Origin: Amoebidium appalachense
Taxonomy: Eukaryota; Protista; Ichthyosporea
Direction: 5' to 3'
Length of the DNA stretch: 64,000 bases
Assembly: GCA_963693365.1 (NCBI GenBank)
Contig: CAVNZM010000015.1
Location: 6,039,331-6,103,330 of the forward strand
Shown here piece by piece: positions 19,792 through 32,184 of the stretch; position 1 is the stretch's first letter, and every line of letters begins with the position of its first letter. Position numbers and translations under genes: made by a program. The notes under the pieces were generated by a model. The model was not told the DNA's origin. It searched no databases and saw only the letters and a program-made list of their open reading frames with translations.

Positions 19792-20595
19792 GAATATACA
19801 ACAATAGTGCACGAGTTGGCATATGCATTTCGCACGCACGTGCACAGCACGATTCTTCATTAGTTGCACATCTTTGGTTTACACAGGTTGCACGAGCACA
19901 TAGCATACATAGGTACGTACGATCGTTTATTTGTGCTTTATCTCCCTTTATTTCATAAGCATGTCCGGCATGCTCTTGTTTGCCCTCTGTTATTCATTAG
20001 GCACGTGTGGTATTCATAGTTTGTTTAGCTATTGGCGATAGCGAGAGGAAAGCACGCATCCGACGATTGTTGTGCATGCTTTTCATGTTTTCTGTGTAGT
20101 CGGGTGTTTTGTCTGCGATTGGACCGTATGAGGGGAATGCAGTTTGATTTCCGTTCATGTACGTGTCGTTATATGATTGGTCAGATTTATAGTATTCATA
20201 GTATTTGCCAATCAGATGCGCAAATACCTTTGGATAGATCTGTATTCATGGAATCTGCCTGCGGCAGATAAATAGGTGAGAATCGAGCATAATAAATTAG
20301 ACGTAGATTGACAGAACATGCAACTGTGTTTCTACCTCTCCACACTACCCTCTCTGTTAGTGCTGTGGCATCGTGCATTGCCCAGCACCACTCTGCACGT
20401 GTTTATGTCTGTTAGTTTAGTGGCCTGATCACCCACGTATACTCTCATTCATATGCATGTGTGCCCAGGTACGTGTTAGTTGTAGTGTGTACACTCTGCT
20501 AGTCAGGCGAGAATAGTAGGGGCTTTTGCCGTAAGTCAGCACTTTTCTTGCAGGTTATAGGCCATAGCACGCTAGTACCACTGCTTTTGGCGAAA

Positions 20596-23500
20596 ATGAA
20601 GTTTGACGACGCTAAACTTCCGAAACCACCGACGCTGACAGGTAGCGAAAATTATGTCAGATTCCGGAGATTGTTCGCCGATTATTTCAAAGCACGGGGC
20701 CTCGCAGATTGCTTGACAACTCGACCTCCTGCCTATGTTTACTCCGAATCCGGCTCTGCACACGCCCGTGGGAGCCCAGGGATCGGAACCGTTAGGACCA
20801 GGCTTGATTTCTCTTCTACTACCACCCCGGTACAGCGCCCGACTACGGCCAGTGGGCGTAGCCAGGGTCGTAGCAACACTACAGCACCCGACGGCAACGA
20901 GCAAGGCATCGCCGCCGATGAACAGCTGGACGAGAATGCAGAGGTGGAAACCGACGGCGTTTCTTTGTCCGCGCAGGCAGACGAGTGCCAGCGCCAGGCG
21001 CAGGCGCGCTATCTTCTCCTTACGAACGTGAGCAAGGAAATCCAGGACTCGGTGCAGGACCTGGAAACCGCGTTTGACATATGGCACGACCTCGAGAGCA
21101 CCTACGGGCACGTGAGTGAGCAAGTGCAGGCAGCAATGCTCTCCGAGTGGTACGACCTTGCCAACACAATTGACCGGAGAACCACAATTACGGCTCTGTT
21201 TGGCACGGTGCGGGCTTTGGCTTCCCGCCTGGCTGATGCCGGTGTTCCTCAGCCCCCTCACCTCATCCGTTTGAAGGTGCTTGAATGCTTACCGCCGCAA
21301 TTTGCCGAGCTCAAGACATCATTGTTTGTGGTGCGCAACACTTTGACGCTCGAAGAGCTTAAGCACGATCTGCTAGCTTTCGAGGTGACCATGAACAAGA
21401 CCAAGCGCCGCAACCACAAACCCGATCCTCCCAACCCACCCAAGCCCACTGCTATGACTGCGCAGATCAGTGCCCGCGACAAGTCAACAAAGCCCTCGGA
21501 CGGGGGCAGGAAGGTTGCACCGCGTGGGGCTGGTGCCAACAACCGCAATTCTGGGAACTGCGGCGACCGGCGCCCCACTAAAACCAACAACAACGACCGT
21601 GAGTATTGTCGCAAGCACGGCCTGTGTTTCTCCTGCAAGCAGCCTGGGCATTTCCAGCCCATGTGCCCCCGGCGCCTTGAGACACTCCGTGCCAACCTGG
21701 CTGCAGCTGAGGCTCTTGCTGGTGGCGACAGTTCTGACCACGAGGGTACACTGCTCATGGCCGTTGCCACTGCTACTGCCCTACCTGCCTCCCGTGCACG
21801 TGCGGATGCCTGGACGTGGGATGGGGCCGCCTCCTGCCACATGTCTTCCTTCAAGGGGGATTTTGTGTCGCTGACCCCCATGGTTCCACCTGCCCGCGTG
21901 CGCGTTGGTGGCGGTGTGATTGAGGCTACGGCTAGTGGTATTGTCCGTGTGGATGCCTGGCACAACGGCAAACAACACAGGCTGCTTCTACAGACCTGGT
22001 ATGTGCCGAAATTGGGCGCCCGTTTGTTTTCTGCCCCAATGGCCGCTCGCAGCGAAAAGGGTGAACACCAGTCTCGGGTGGGAAAGGATGCGGTGACTGT
22101 TTATACCCCAGCCGGTGAAGTCTTCTTCCAGTGCCCCATTGACCCGGGCTCTAACATTTACCTCTGCCCGTTTTCCGCCCCAGGAGCACCCCCACCCACC
22201 ACTGTGTCGGCCTTAACCGCGCGCCACACGGCCACCCCAGCACCAGCTATTGCCCCGGTCCTCTCCCCTTCCCCTGTTCCCCTCCCTGCACCCGCTGCTA
22301 TGCAGGAGGAGGAGAAGGAGGACACCGTACCTGCCGGTTTTTGCAGCGATAATGAGGACAGTGGGTATGAAACAGACACCACGATGGTTATTAGTGGCCC
22401 CGCTCGCACCACCACCGCCACCTCCGCGGAGCCACCCACAGCCGAAAGTGGTGCCCCAACATCACAGGCCCCTTCGGCAGTGCCCACACAGCACCCATGG
22501 TCACCCTACAAGAATGCTGGGGCAGCCACCTACGAGGTGTGGCACCGCCGTTTAGGCCACATCAATTCGGGCTATCTGCTGCGCATGTCGAAAGGTGGTA
22601 TGGTCGACGGGCTACAACTCACCAGCAGCATTCCCCGGTCTGACACCCAACAACTGTGTGAGGGGTGCATTTTGGGCAAGGCCAAGGACCAGCCGTATCC
22701 TACCACCGGACGCACGCGCGCTACGGCCCCGCTCGGCATTGTGCATGTTGACCTGGGGGGTCCTTACCCCGAATCCGTTGATCACAAGTTCTACGTCATG
22801 TGTGCGCAGTGTGATGCCACCGACATGTGCTTTGTGTGGTGCCTGAACAACAAGGCCGAGGCTGGGGACATCCTCAAGGCTTTCACCGTGCAGATGGAGC
22901 GCCAACACAACTACCGAGTTGGCATTTTTCGCCACGATGGGGGGGAACTCACCGCCAAGCATTTTCGCAGTTTTTGCGAACAGCTGGGGATTGTGCAGCA
23001 ACAGACCGCACCATATCAACACGGCCAGAATGGTAAGGCAGAGTGGCTGGTCGGCTTCATCGTGAAGATGGCGCGCACCCTAATGGCCAGCGTACCCGGG
23101 TTTCCGCGCCACCACTGGCCTTCCGCCGTCCAGACAGCCACCTACGTGTCCAATATGACCCCACACAAGGCCACGTTTGACAAAACTCCGTTTGAGGCAT
23201 TTTATGGCATCAAGCCCAACGTCTCCCACCTACGAGTCTTTGGTTGCCTGGCCTACCCCACTATCCCAGCCGAGAAACGTAGCAACAAATTGGCCCCACG
23301 CGCCGAACGCGGCATTTTGATTGGCTACGGCAGCGACGGGGGGGTGCAGGTGAAGGGATACCGCATATTGCTGGCCACCGAAAAGGGCTTTGGGAAGGTC
23401 GTGGTGAGGAGGAGTGTGGTGTTCGACGAGGGTATGACCCTGCACAAGGGCACCCCGACCCCCTTCAGCCCCACTACACCCACCAGCGTGTCGCACGATT

Positions 23501-25533
23501 CGCTGACTCCGGCAGCCAATCAGATCGAGCCACCAGTACGCCAGCCACCCGTTGATTCTGCCACAGCGGGCGAAGCTGTACCACACACACCACCGTGCAC
23601 ACCGGCTACCCAGGCAACCACACAGGAGGAGACTGCACCAGTTGCAAGTGCACAGCAACGGGCTACTTCCCCTGCGACAGCACCAACCAATCGGCGCGTG
23701 CGGATTGGGGGGGAGGTTGTGCCTACCCACCACCAGCCACCTAGGACCCGTAGTGGCCGTGTGTTCAACTCTAGTGAGCACGTGGGTGGTGGACGCATGC
23801 GCGACAACAGCAAGGTGCTAGCCATGACGGCAGCAGCCAGTGCTCTGGCCAGCACCACCACCAGCGGCAGCAACAGTGATGGCACCGGCATGACCGAGCC
23901 CATCTACTATGTAGCCGACGTGCCCATACCAAATTCGCTGAGGGAGGCACGTGCGTCATCTTTTGCACCACAGTGGGAGGAGGCCATGCATGCAGAGCTA
24001 GAAAAGCTGGACAAGTACGGCACCTACTCACTAGTAGACCCCCCGCCAGGCTGCAAGCCAATCAAAGTGCGATGGGTGTATGACGTCAAGACCAACGCCA
24101 ACAACGCAGTTATCCGCTTCCGGGCCCGCCTAGTGGCTAAGGGATACACCCAGAGGCCGGGTCTGGACTACCCCGAGACCTTCTGCTCCACCGCCAACCC
24201 CGCCACAACACGCTACATCATCGCGCTTGCTGCTGAGCTCGGCCATCACCTATGCTACTTCGATGTGGACAGCGCATTCCTCAACGCGCCACTGCAGGAG
24301 GAGATCTACATGTGCCAGCCTGAGGGTTTCGTCATACCAGGCAAGGAGGGAATGGTGTGCATTTTGCACAAGGCCATCTACGGGCTCAAGCAGGCAGCAC
24401 ACGAGTGGATGGAGACTTTTGCTGCCGGCCTGCGCACCATTGGCTGGGTGCGCACCGAGGCCGACCCCTCCCTCTTCACCCGCGGGCCAGACAGCCCGGG
24501 CACCAACAAGCAGCTTATGGTGGTGCACATTGACGACATGGTGTGCAAGGTAACTACCGAGGAGGATGGCAACTTGCTGGAGCAGGAGCTCTCGGGCATC
24601 TTCCACATCAAGAAGGGTGGCAGCAGTTTTGTGGGGGTGGAGATCAACAAACTGAGCACTGGCGCCATCAAGATCCATCAAGCCCCCTACGCACAACAGG
24701 TGCTCGAGCGCTACGGCATGGCTGACTGCAAGCCTGTGGACACACCCATGACACTGGATAAGCTCAGCAAGACCCAGTGCCCAGCAACCCGGGAGGAGGT
24801 GGCAGCAATGGCTACCGATGCAGCTGTGTACCAGGCCATTGTCGGCAGCCTGATGTATCTGGCCGTGTGGACCCGCCCGGACATTGCCGCCCCTGTGAGC
24901 GTGCTTGCGCGATTTCTCAGCAACCCCGGGCAGGACCACCTTGCCGCCGCCAAACGTGTGCTGCACTACATCAAGGGCACCATTGACCACGGCATCACCT
25001 ACCGCCGGTCCACCAGCGCGGACACCAAGGGGCAGGTTGTTTGTTACGTGGATGCTGATTGGGCGGGAAACCCAGACAACCGCCGCTCAACGACAGGTGT
25101 GGTGTTTCTTGCTGCTAGGGGTGCCATTTTGTGGGCATCCAAGCTGCAGACCGTGGTGGCAGACAGCACCGCAGAGGCCGAGTATGTGAGCGCAGCCCGT
25201 GCTACCAAGGAGGCCCTGTGGTTGCGCAAACTGACTACCGCCTGCGGCTTCCCTCCTATTAGCCCCACCATCCTGCACGAGGACAACCAGGCCTGCATCA
25301 AGATAGCCAAGAACCCCGAGTTGTTCAACCGCACGAAGCATATCGACATCAAGTACCACCTCACTCGCCACCACGTCCGTCGCGGCGACATTTGCTTTGT
25401 GTACGTGCCGACCAATGAGCAGGCGGCAGACATGCTCACCAAAGCACTCGGGGGTGCAGCTCTCAACAACTGCAAGAAGATGGTGGGCATGGACACGTGC
25501 GACAAGTCATCGCGCAAGGTGAAGAAGAAGTGA
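20596..25533 (+). CDS. Copia-A Gag-Pol polyprotein (gag, CCHC knuckle, protease, integrase, RT, RNase H), uninterrupted
   Basis: CFSCKQPGHFQPMC, WDGAASCHM, WHRRLGH...CEGC, VHVDL/HDGG/NGKAE, KARLVAKG-like FRARLVAKG, HIDD, YVDADWAG and RTKHIDIKYH. Integrase lies before RT, the Copia order. Confidence 0.97.
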   Translation: MKFDDAKLPKPPTLTGSENYVRFRRLFADYFKARGLADCLTTRPPAYVYSESGSAHARGSPGIGTVRTRLDFSSTTTPVQRPTTASGRSQGRSNTTAPDGNEQGIAADEQLDENAEVETDGVSLSAQADECQRQAQARYLLLTNVSKEIQDSVQDLETAFDIWHDLESTYGHVSEQVQAAMLSEWYDLANTIDRRTTITALFGTVRALASRLADAGVPQPPHLIRLKVLECLPPQFAELKTSLFVVRNTLTLEELKHDLLAFEVTMNKTKRRNHKPDPPNPPKPTAMTAQISARDKSTKPSDGGRKVAPRGAGANNRNSGNCGDRRPTKTNNNDREYCRKHGLCFSCKQPGHFQPMCPRRLETLRANLAAAEALAGGDSSDHEGTLLMAVATATALPASRARADAWTWDGAASCHMSSFKGDFVSLTPMVPPARVRVGGGVIEATASGIVRVDAWHNGKQHRLLLQTWYVPKLGARLFSAPMAARSEKGEHQSRVGKDAVTVYTPAGEVFFQCPIDPGSNIYLCPFSAPGAPPPTTVSALTARHTATPAPAIAPVLSPSPVPLPAPAAMQEEEKEDTVPAGFCSDNEDSGYETDTTMVISGPARTTTATSAEPPTAESGAPTSQAPSAVPTQHPWSPYKNAGAATYEVWHRRLGHINSGYLLRMSKGGMVDGLQLTSSIPRSDTQQLCEGCILGKAKDQPYPTTGRTRATAPLGIVHVDLGGPYPESVDHKFYVMCAQCDATDMCFVWCLNNKAEAGDILKAFTVQMERQHNYRVGIFRHDGGELTAKHFRSFCEQLGIVQQQTAPYQHGQNGKAEWLVGFIVKMARTLMASVPGFPRHHWPSAVQTATYVSNMTPHKATFDKTPFEAFYGIKPNVSHLRVFGCLAYPTIPAEKRSNKLAPRAERGILIGYGSDGGVQVKGYRILLATEKGFGKVVVRRSVVFDEGMTLHKGTPTPFSPTTPTSVSHDSLTPAANQIEPPVRQPPVDSATAGEAVPHTPPCTPATQATTQEETAPVASAQQRATSPATAPTNRRVRIGGEVVPTHHQPPRTRSGRVFNSSEHVGGGRMRDNSKVLAMTAAASALASTTTSGSNSDGTGMTEPIYYVADVPIPNSLREARASSFAPQWEEAMHAELEKLDKYGTYSLVDPPPGCKPIKVRWVYDVKTNANNAVIRFRARLVAKGYTQRPGLDYPETFCSTANPATTRYIIALAAELGHHLCYFDVDSAFLNAPLQEEIYMCQPEGFVIPGKEGMVCILHKAIYGLKQAAHEWMETFAAGLRTIGWVRTEADPSLFTRGPDSPGTNKQLMVVHIDDMVCKVTTEEDGNLLEQELSGIFHIKKGGSSFVGVEINKLSTGAIKIHQAPYAQQVLERYGMADCKPVDTPMTLDKLSKTQCPATREEVAAMATDAAVYQAIVGSLMYLAVWTRPDIAAPVSVLARFLSNPGQDHLAAAKRVLHYIKGTIDHGITYRRSTSADTKGQVVCYVDADWAGNPDNRRSTTGVVFLAARGAILWASKLQTVVADSTAEAEYVSAARATKEALWLRKLTTACGFPPISPTILHEDNQACIKIAKNPELFNRTKHIDIKYHLTRHHVRRGDICFVYVPTNEQAADMLTKALGGAALNNCKKMVGMDTCDKSSRKVKKK

Positions 25534-28500
25534 GCGAATATTTGTGGCTATGCAACAAGGGGTGCGAGTGATTGTGTTTTCATTAATATTTATTCGCTAA
25601 TTTCTATTGGTGCACATTTATTCGCTAAAATTTGTATTGCAGTATTTCGTGCCCTAATGTTGTAAGGGGTGTGCCAGAATATACAACAATAGTGCACGAG
25701 TTGGCATATGCATTTCGCACGCACGTGCACAGCACGATTCTTCATTAGTTGCACATCTTTGGTTTACACAGGTTGCACGAGCACATAGCATACATAGTTA
25801 GGTACGATCGTTTATTTGTGCTTTATCTCCCTTTATTTCATAAGCATGTCCGGCATGCTCTTGTTTGCCCTCTGTTATTCATTAGGCACGTGTGGTATTC
25901 ATAGTTTGTTTAGCTATTGGCGATAGCGAGAGGAAAGCACGCATCCGACGATTGTTGTGCATGCTTTTCATGTTTTCTGTGTAGTCGGGTGTTTTGTCTG
26001 CGATTGGACCGTATGAGGGGAATGCAGTTTGATTTCCGTTCATGTACGTGTCGTTATATGATTGGTCAGATTTATAGTATTCATAGTATTTGCCAATCAG
26101 ATGCGCAAATACCTTTGGATAGATCTGTATTCATGGAATCTGCCTGCGGCAGATAAATAGGTGAGAATCGAGCATAATAAATTAGACGTAGATTGACAGA
26201 ACATGCAACTGTGTTTCTACCTCTCCACACTACCCTCTCTGTTAGTGCTGTGGCATCGTGCATTGCCCAGCACCACTCTGCACGTGTTTATGTCTGTTAG
26301 TTTAGTGGCCTGATCACCCACATATACTCTCATTCATATGCATGTGTGCCCAGGTACGTGTTAGTTGTAGTGTGTACACTCTGCTAGTCAGGCGAGAATA
26401 GTAGGGGCTTTTGCCGTAAGTCAGCATTTTTCTTGCAGGGCAGGGCAGCTAGAGTGACGTTGACACCTCGGGCCTGTACATCCGTCTTAGAGGTTGGCAG
26501 GTGGAGGGTGGCATGGGACAAAGTACCGGTGGGGGTGTAGCTGAAGGTCACGTCCTTCCGTTTAACGTGACGGGACGGGTCGAAAGAAGTCAGGGTCTTG
26601 GAGGTAAATTCCCCCGAACGGAAGAGACCACAGAAACCGACGATGAGGGCCGTCCATAGCCGGAGATTGGCCGAGGAGGCCTTGATGGGGCACTGGCCAT
26701 GGAGTAGGCTGAGGTGGGAGGGCAGGAGGGGTTCCGAGTCCCTGGTGGATGAGCGGGGTCGGATGTTGTGAGAAAGCTGCCATTTGCCCACCCCACGTAC
26801 TAGAACCAGGCCAGAGACTTGTCGTGGGGGTAGGGAGCAGGGAGGCCCATGTCGAGGTGGAGCCTGGTGATGGCCGAATTGTAGCCGGTCAAGGAGGAGG
26901 CCTGTACCCCTCGTTGGGCACACCAGGCGAGAAAAAGTTGCACGGTGTGTGGGGAGGCCGGGAGGGAGGACCCGGAGGAGGATTGCAGCCGAGATGCCAC
27001 ACAGAAATCGATGAACACTTTTTGCACCTGGGAGTAAAAGGCCCGAGAGTCGAGGTTGAGACTCAGGGCCTGGCATTCCTGCAGGGTAGTGGTGGCTCGA
27101 AGCAGCTCGGCCGGAACAAAGTGGGGGGCCAATCTGCCAGCGTTGCTCCGGAACGGGAGATCTGGGGGGGGGGGGGGGGGGGTTAGCCCAGGGGAAGGGA
27201 TAGGAACTCGTGGACCCAGGAGGGGAAGGGGCAGGGTTCCGGTTGCAGGGAAGGTCGGAGTCGTCGAGCCCGGGGAAGTTGGTTACGAGAAATGGCATCG
27301 GCAAGATGGTTGAGGGGTCCTGGTAGGTAGGATGCCTGTAACGTAAATTGGTATTGCATTTCCATGCGTTTGATGAACCGAATAAGTTTGGCCATCACGG
27401 GGTGGGGGGAAGACCGGGAGTGCAGGTCAGACACAGCACCCGTGTTGTCGCATAAAATACGGACATGGTGGGTGGACCAGGAGGGGGCCCAGAGGGCCAC
27501 GGCGGCTGCGATGGTGGCCAGGAGTTCGATGACGGAAGAACCGAGTTTACCCTCATGAGCATAGAGGGCTTGGGTGGAGGGGGACCAGGGCATGAAAAAC
27601 CATTGGTCGAGCCAGTGGCCTCCTAGACCCACCGATCCGGCAGCATCGGTGGCCAGGGTGGTGTATGTGGGGTGTGTGATGAGGTGCACCCCATTCCATG
27701 ATGTGAGGAACTCGTGCCATTCGGCTATGTCGGCCCGGGCGGCAGCAGTCAGCCATATGTGGTGGTGGCCGGCAAGGTGTGGGTGGGTCCGGAGAAGGGC
27801 CCATAGGCGCTGGGAGAAGGCCCTCCCGGGGGGAACCAGCTGGGCACACCAGGTGAGTTTGCCGAGGAGGGATTGGAGGTCCCGAATGGTGATGGTGGGC
27901 TTTGGGTGGGAAGTGAGGTCGAGTAGGTCCGAGAGCTTGGAAGCCGGGATTCGTGCCTCCATGGCGATGGAGTCGAATTCGATACCGATGAAGACAATAC
28001 GGGTAGCTGTTGGAGTACACTGGTACTCCCGGCTAGCAATGTCTGTTAGAGAAAGTTTTTGAGCAATTGAATAATTGTTTCAACACTCACTCGAGTGCAT
28101 AGAGCTTTTGTTTACGGTCATATTCATATATGGTAGTTATATGTTTGAGCCAAAACTGTACCAATGACGAGCTTCACTAGCAACGTGCTAATTGTGCTCA
28201 TTAATTAATATTCCCGGTTCAGATGATGTCATGTCTATATTTGCCACAGGATTCTATTCTTAGAGTGGTAGTGTGCTTTATTCCCGGATATTCTCAGAAT
28301 ATTTTTAGTTGTGTGAAGTAAGATTTACGTTTAACTGCAATTGGTGTGAAAAACACGTTTATTTGTGTGCTTTAGTGCAAGTTAACTAGCCACTCAACGT
28401 GCACAGTTAACTTTTATATCTTTAACAATTTGTTTTCATTGTGCTCTCTTTTCGGCCGTGCTGTACATGGCCCACCACCAGGGTGCACACGAGGCCACCA

Positions 28501-31500
28501 TGAGGTGGCCAACGACTATATAAAGCAGTGCCTCCCATGTCACAAACATGGGAAGCAGAACGTTTGATTTACACTTTTCTACTGTCGTTTTCAGTGCACA
28601 AAACACATAGACAAGTTACCCATCATACACGACACTATGTCTGACAACTTACAGTTGCAGCAACTAGTCCAACTACTGGAGCAGAGGCTGGCCTCACAAG
28701 ATGCAATCATTTCTGACTTACAGAAGGAACAACGTGCACTAGAACTAGCTTCTATGAACACGATGTCCAACAGGGTTATGGGCCCCTCACGTAATGATTC
28801 CATCAAGTTCAAGGTCGACATCCCTCTCTTCACTGGCATTGATAATGATTCAGGCACGGACTACCACACATGGGCCGAAACCATGTATGTCCAGCTTTCT
28901 GGTGCTGGTCTTCTCCACACCATCGCGCCCAGTACGGAGCACCCGGCTACCCGTGAACAGGTCGACACTGCCCGTTCCTACCTGTGGCAAGCACTCTCGG
29001 TTGACGTGCGTTGTATCCTAGGGTTAACACGCACCACCACACCTGCGGAGATATGGTCGGCCCTATCTGCCCACTACCTGGAGCAATCTGAGGCCAATCA
29101 GTACGACCTTATCGGGCTGTACATGAATTCTACGCCTGAACCTACGGACACCGCGACGAAATACGCCATGAAGCTCCGCGGCTACGTGCGGCGCCTGGCC
29201 GATTACGGCACACAAATTGGTGATGCTCAAGTGCTGACCAAGCTCACCAACGACCTCGGCAAGGTGCCTTACTACGAAATGCCTGTCATTGCCTACAAGA
29301 TGACACCCAAGCCTACCGTAATGGGCCTCCTCCAACAGCTACGGGCATATGAGACCAGCCACCCACGTGCACGTGTGACTACCAGCTCCGGGCCGGCCGC
29401 CTTCACCACACGGGCTCCTCAACCTGTCATCTGCCACGGCTGCGGCAAACCAGGCCCATCAAGTCTCAGTGCCCCAACGGCAACGGCCAACACAGCAACT
29501 CTGGCAACAACCGTGCCAGCACCTACCCCAAGGGTTCCTGCGTCAACCACCCACTGTCTACCAGTCACACTACCGCCATGTGCAAGGGGGGTAACCGTGC
29601 CAACGGCCGCAAACCTAAGGGTGGTCCCCTCCCGCCTGGGTCCTGCATCAACCACCCTGCCTCTACTACCCACACTACGGCACAGTGCAAGGGGGGGGCT
29701 GCCGCTCCCCGGGCTTTCCTCATGTCTAGCAACGACTGTGGCACCAACAAGGTGCTCCTCGACTCTGGAGTCACTGACCATGTGTGCCCCCGGCCCGATG
29801 TGTTCGTCAACATGCGTGCGGCGCCTTACTCCACGGTCCAAGTAGCCGACAAGGGTGCATGTGCAGTGCTTGGGGTGGGCGACGTGTTCTTTTCCAGCAC
29901 CATCGACGGCGTTACTGCGGTGCATCAGCTGACGGATGTACTCTACGTGCCCTCCATCCCCGACACTCTCATCAGTGTGTTCACGGCATCTACCAACGGC
30001 GTTTTACCCCGCTTTGACGCCCGCGGCGGCGTTAAGTTGTGCTACGGCGATCAAATTCTGGCCACCGGCTCGGCTGTCGGCACCAAGCTGTACCACATGG
30101 CGGTGTCTCTTCTGCGCGCGGACACAACCCCGGACGCCCAAACCACCACTGCTCCGCGTATCCTCAAGGTTACTGCCGACCTCAACACGTGGCACTACCG
30201 TCTGGGCCATGCTGGCATTGACGCTGTACGCTCGGTCATCAAGTCTGCAGGCCTGTTGGTGGGTGGCGGTGCCAAGTCTCCGGGTGTGTGTAAGCCCTGT
30301 GCCCTCGGCAAAGCCCACCGTGTTGCCTTCTCCGAATCAACCAGCCAAGCTCCCCGGGTCCTAGCCAAGGTTCACAGCGACATCAGCGGCCCCTTCCCTC
30401 CCACGATCGGTGGTTCTCAGTACTTGGCGACGTTCCACGACGACTTCACCGGCCACACCACGGCCGTGCCCCTCGTCAAGAAGTCGGACACACTGGCTGC
30501 ATATGTGACGTACCACAAGGCGGCGGTTACCCAACACGGTGTTCCCATGCAGGTGTTTCAGTCCGACGGGGGGGGCGAGTACATGGGCACGGCCTTCGGG
30601 GACTACAACCGTGAGCACGGCATTCGCCATCAGATCACTACCACCGGCTCTCCTCAACAGAATGGGACTGCCGAACGACTGAACCGGACCCTCCTCGACA
30701 TGGTTCGGGCACTCCTGCAGCAGTCCGGCCTTCCGGTGGGATTCTGGGCCGAGGCAGCTGTGACCGCGGCTTTTATACGCAACATGCTCCCGTCGCGAGC
30801 CACCGGCAGCCAATCGTCTCCCGCCCTGCTGTGGACCGGCATTCCTCCCGACTACAGCCGGCTCCGTGTCTGGGGCTCTCCCTGCTACGTCCATCAACAG
30901 GATACAACGAAACTGGCGCCTCGTGCCGTCAAGGGCATCTTCGTGGGCTACCCTCCTAACATCAAGGGCTACAAGGTCTGGATTCCAGCAGCACACAAGA
31001 TGACCGTCAGCCGTGACGTGCAGTTCGACGAGGCTGCTATTCTGCACCCCCTCCGTGATGTCCCATCTGATTGGTCGACCGCACCGGCAATTCATCATTT
31101 TTTGGAGTCATCTGATTCGTCAAATCAGCCAGCCAATCACATCGTCCGGAATGATCAGCAATCTGATTCGTCTCGTCTGTCAGCCAATGGGACAGCGCCG
31201 AGTGATCAATTGGACATTCCGATCCTGCCCGAGCCTGCACATCGGCTCCCCCGGATGACCCGTAGTGGCGCTGTGTACAACGACCAACGTCGAGGCCCGA
31301 CTGCCAACGTGGCTGCTGCTACGGCCCCCCTTGCCTCCCAGGCTACGGCTCCTGCATCAACACCCATCAAGGCTTCCACCATTGTTGTCCCCAAGACTGT
31401 CCGGGCTGCACTCAAGAGTCCCCAGCGTCTGAAATGGGAGGAGGCTGCACACCGTGAGCTCAAGGCCCTGGAAGACAACGGCACCTTCACCCTTGTGCCC

Positions 31501-32111
31501 CGTCCAGAGGATGGCTCCACTGTCATTCCGGTCGGCTGGGTCTTTACGGTCAAGCAGGACAACGTCGGCAGCGTCACTGCTTTCAAGGCCCGGCTTGTGG
31601 CCCGGGGCAACTACCAGCAGCCTGGCCAGGACTATTTCGTCACCGAGTCACCTGTGGCTGCGCTGGCTACCATCCGGCTGGTTTTGGCTACCTCCGTGGC
31701 CCAAGGTCTGCCTCTGCGCCACATCGACGTCAACACAGCATTCCTCAACGGCACCGTCAACGAGACCATCTACATTGAGCAGCCCCCTGGCTTCGTCAAT
31801 CCCTCGGCCCCCCATGCTGTCGGCTTGCTCCACAAGGCGCTCTACGGCCTAAAACAGGCACCGCGCCAGTGGTATGAGGCCCTCCGTGACCATCTCCTCG
31901 ACCAAGGCTTCATTGTGAGTGCTGCTGACCCGTGCCTGTTCATCAAGAATGCCGGGACCCCAACGTTTATTGCCTTTTGGATTTTGTCCTGGTGCAGAGA
32001 CTAGCGATCTTGCTAGCCTTGAGATCACAACCTAACCACTGCCGATGGTTGTGATGACGCCAGTAAAGGCGTGCTGGCTTTTACCCCAGCGAGAAGAGGA
32101 TGAGAAAAAGA

Positions 32112-32184
32112 TGATCCCGACGGGATTTGAACCCGCGACCCCTCTATCTCCGGTCGAGTGCTCTACCAACTGAGCTACGAGATC
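32112..32184 (-). tRNA. tRNA-like cloverleaf in the TRIM 3' LTR
   Basis: Identical to 19574-19646 on the opposite strand. Confidence 0.8.

Larger units (their letters stand above)
19485..26437 (+). mobile_element. Full-length Ty1/Copia LTR retrotransposon (Copia-A) with a chimeric 5' end
   Basis: TSD GGGCA (19480-19484, 26438-26442). LTRs at ~19790-20552 and 25672-26437 show only about four differences. PBS ggttataggcc, PPT aaggggtg. Confidence 0.95.
19135..27132 (-). pseudogene. Tyrosine recombinase of Ngaro copy 1, split by Copia-A (pieces 19135-19484 and 26438-27132) and frameshifted
   Basis: RSGE, HSLRIGGAT and GRWSSDCFLIY motifs; near-identical to the intact copy at 40005-41036. Confidence 0.9.

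Noticed and set aside
29450-29465. Programmed gag-pol frameshift in Copia-B
   Set aside because: The shift falls inside the CCHC knuckle and removes its His, with no slippery site; a simple 1-nt deletion is more likely.
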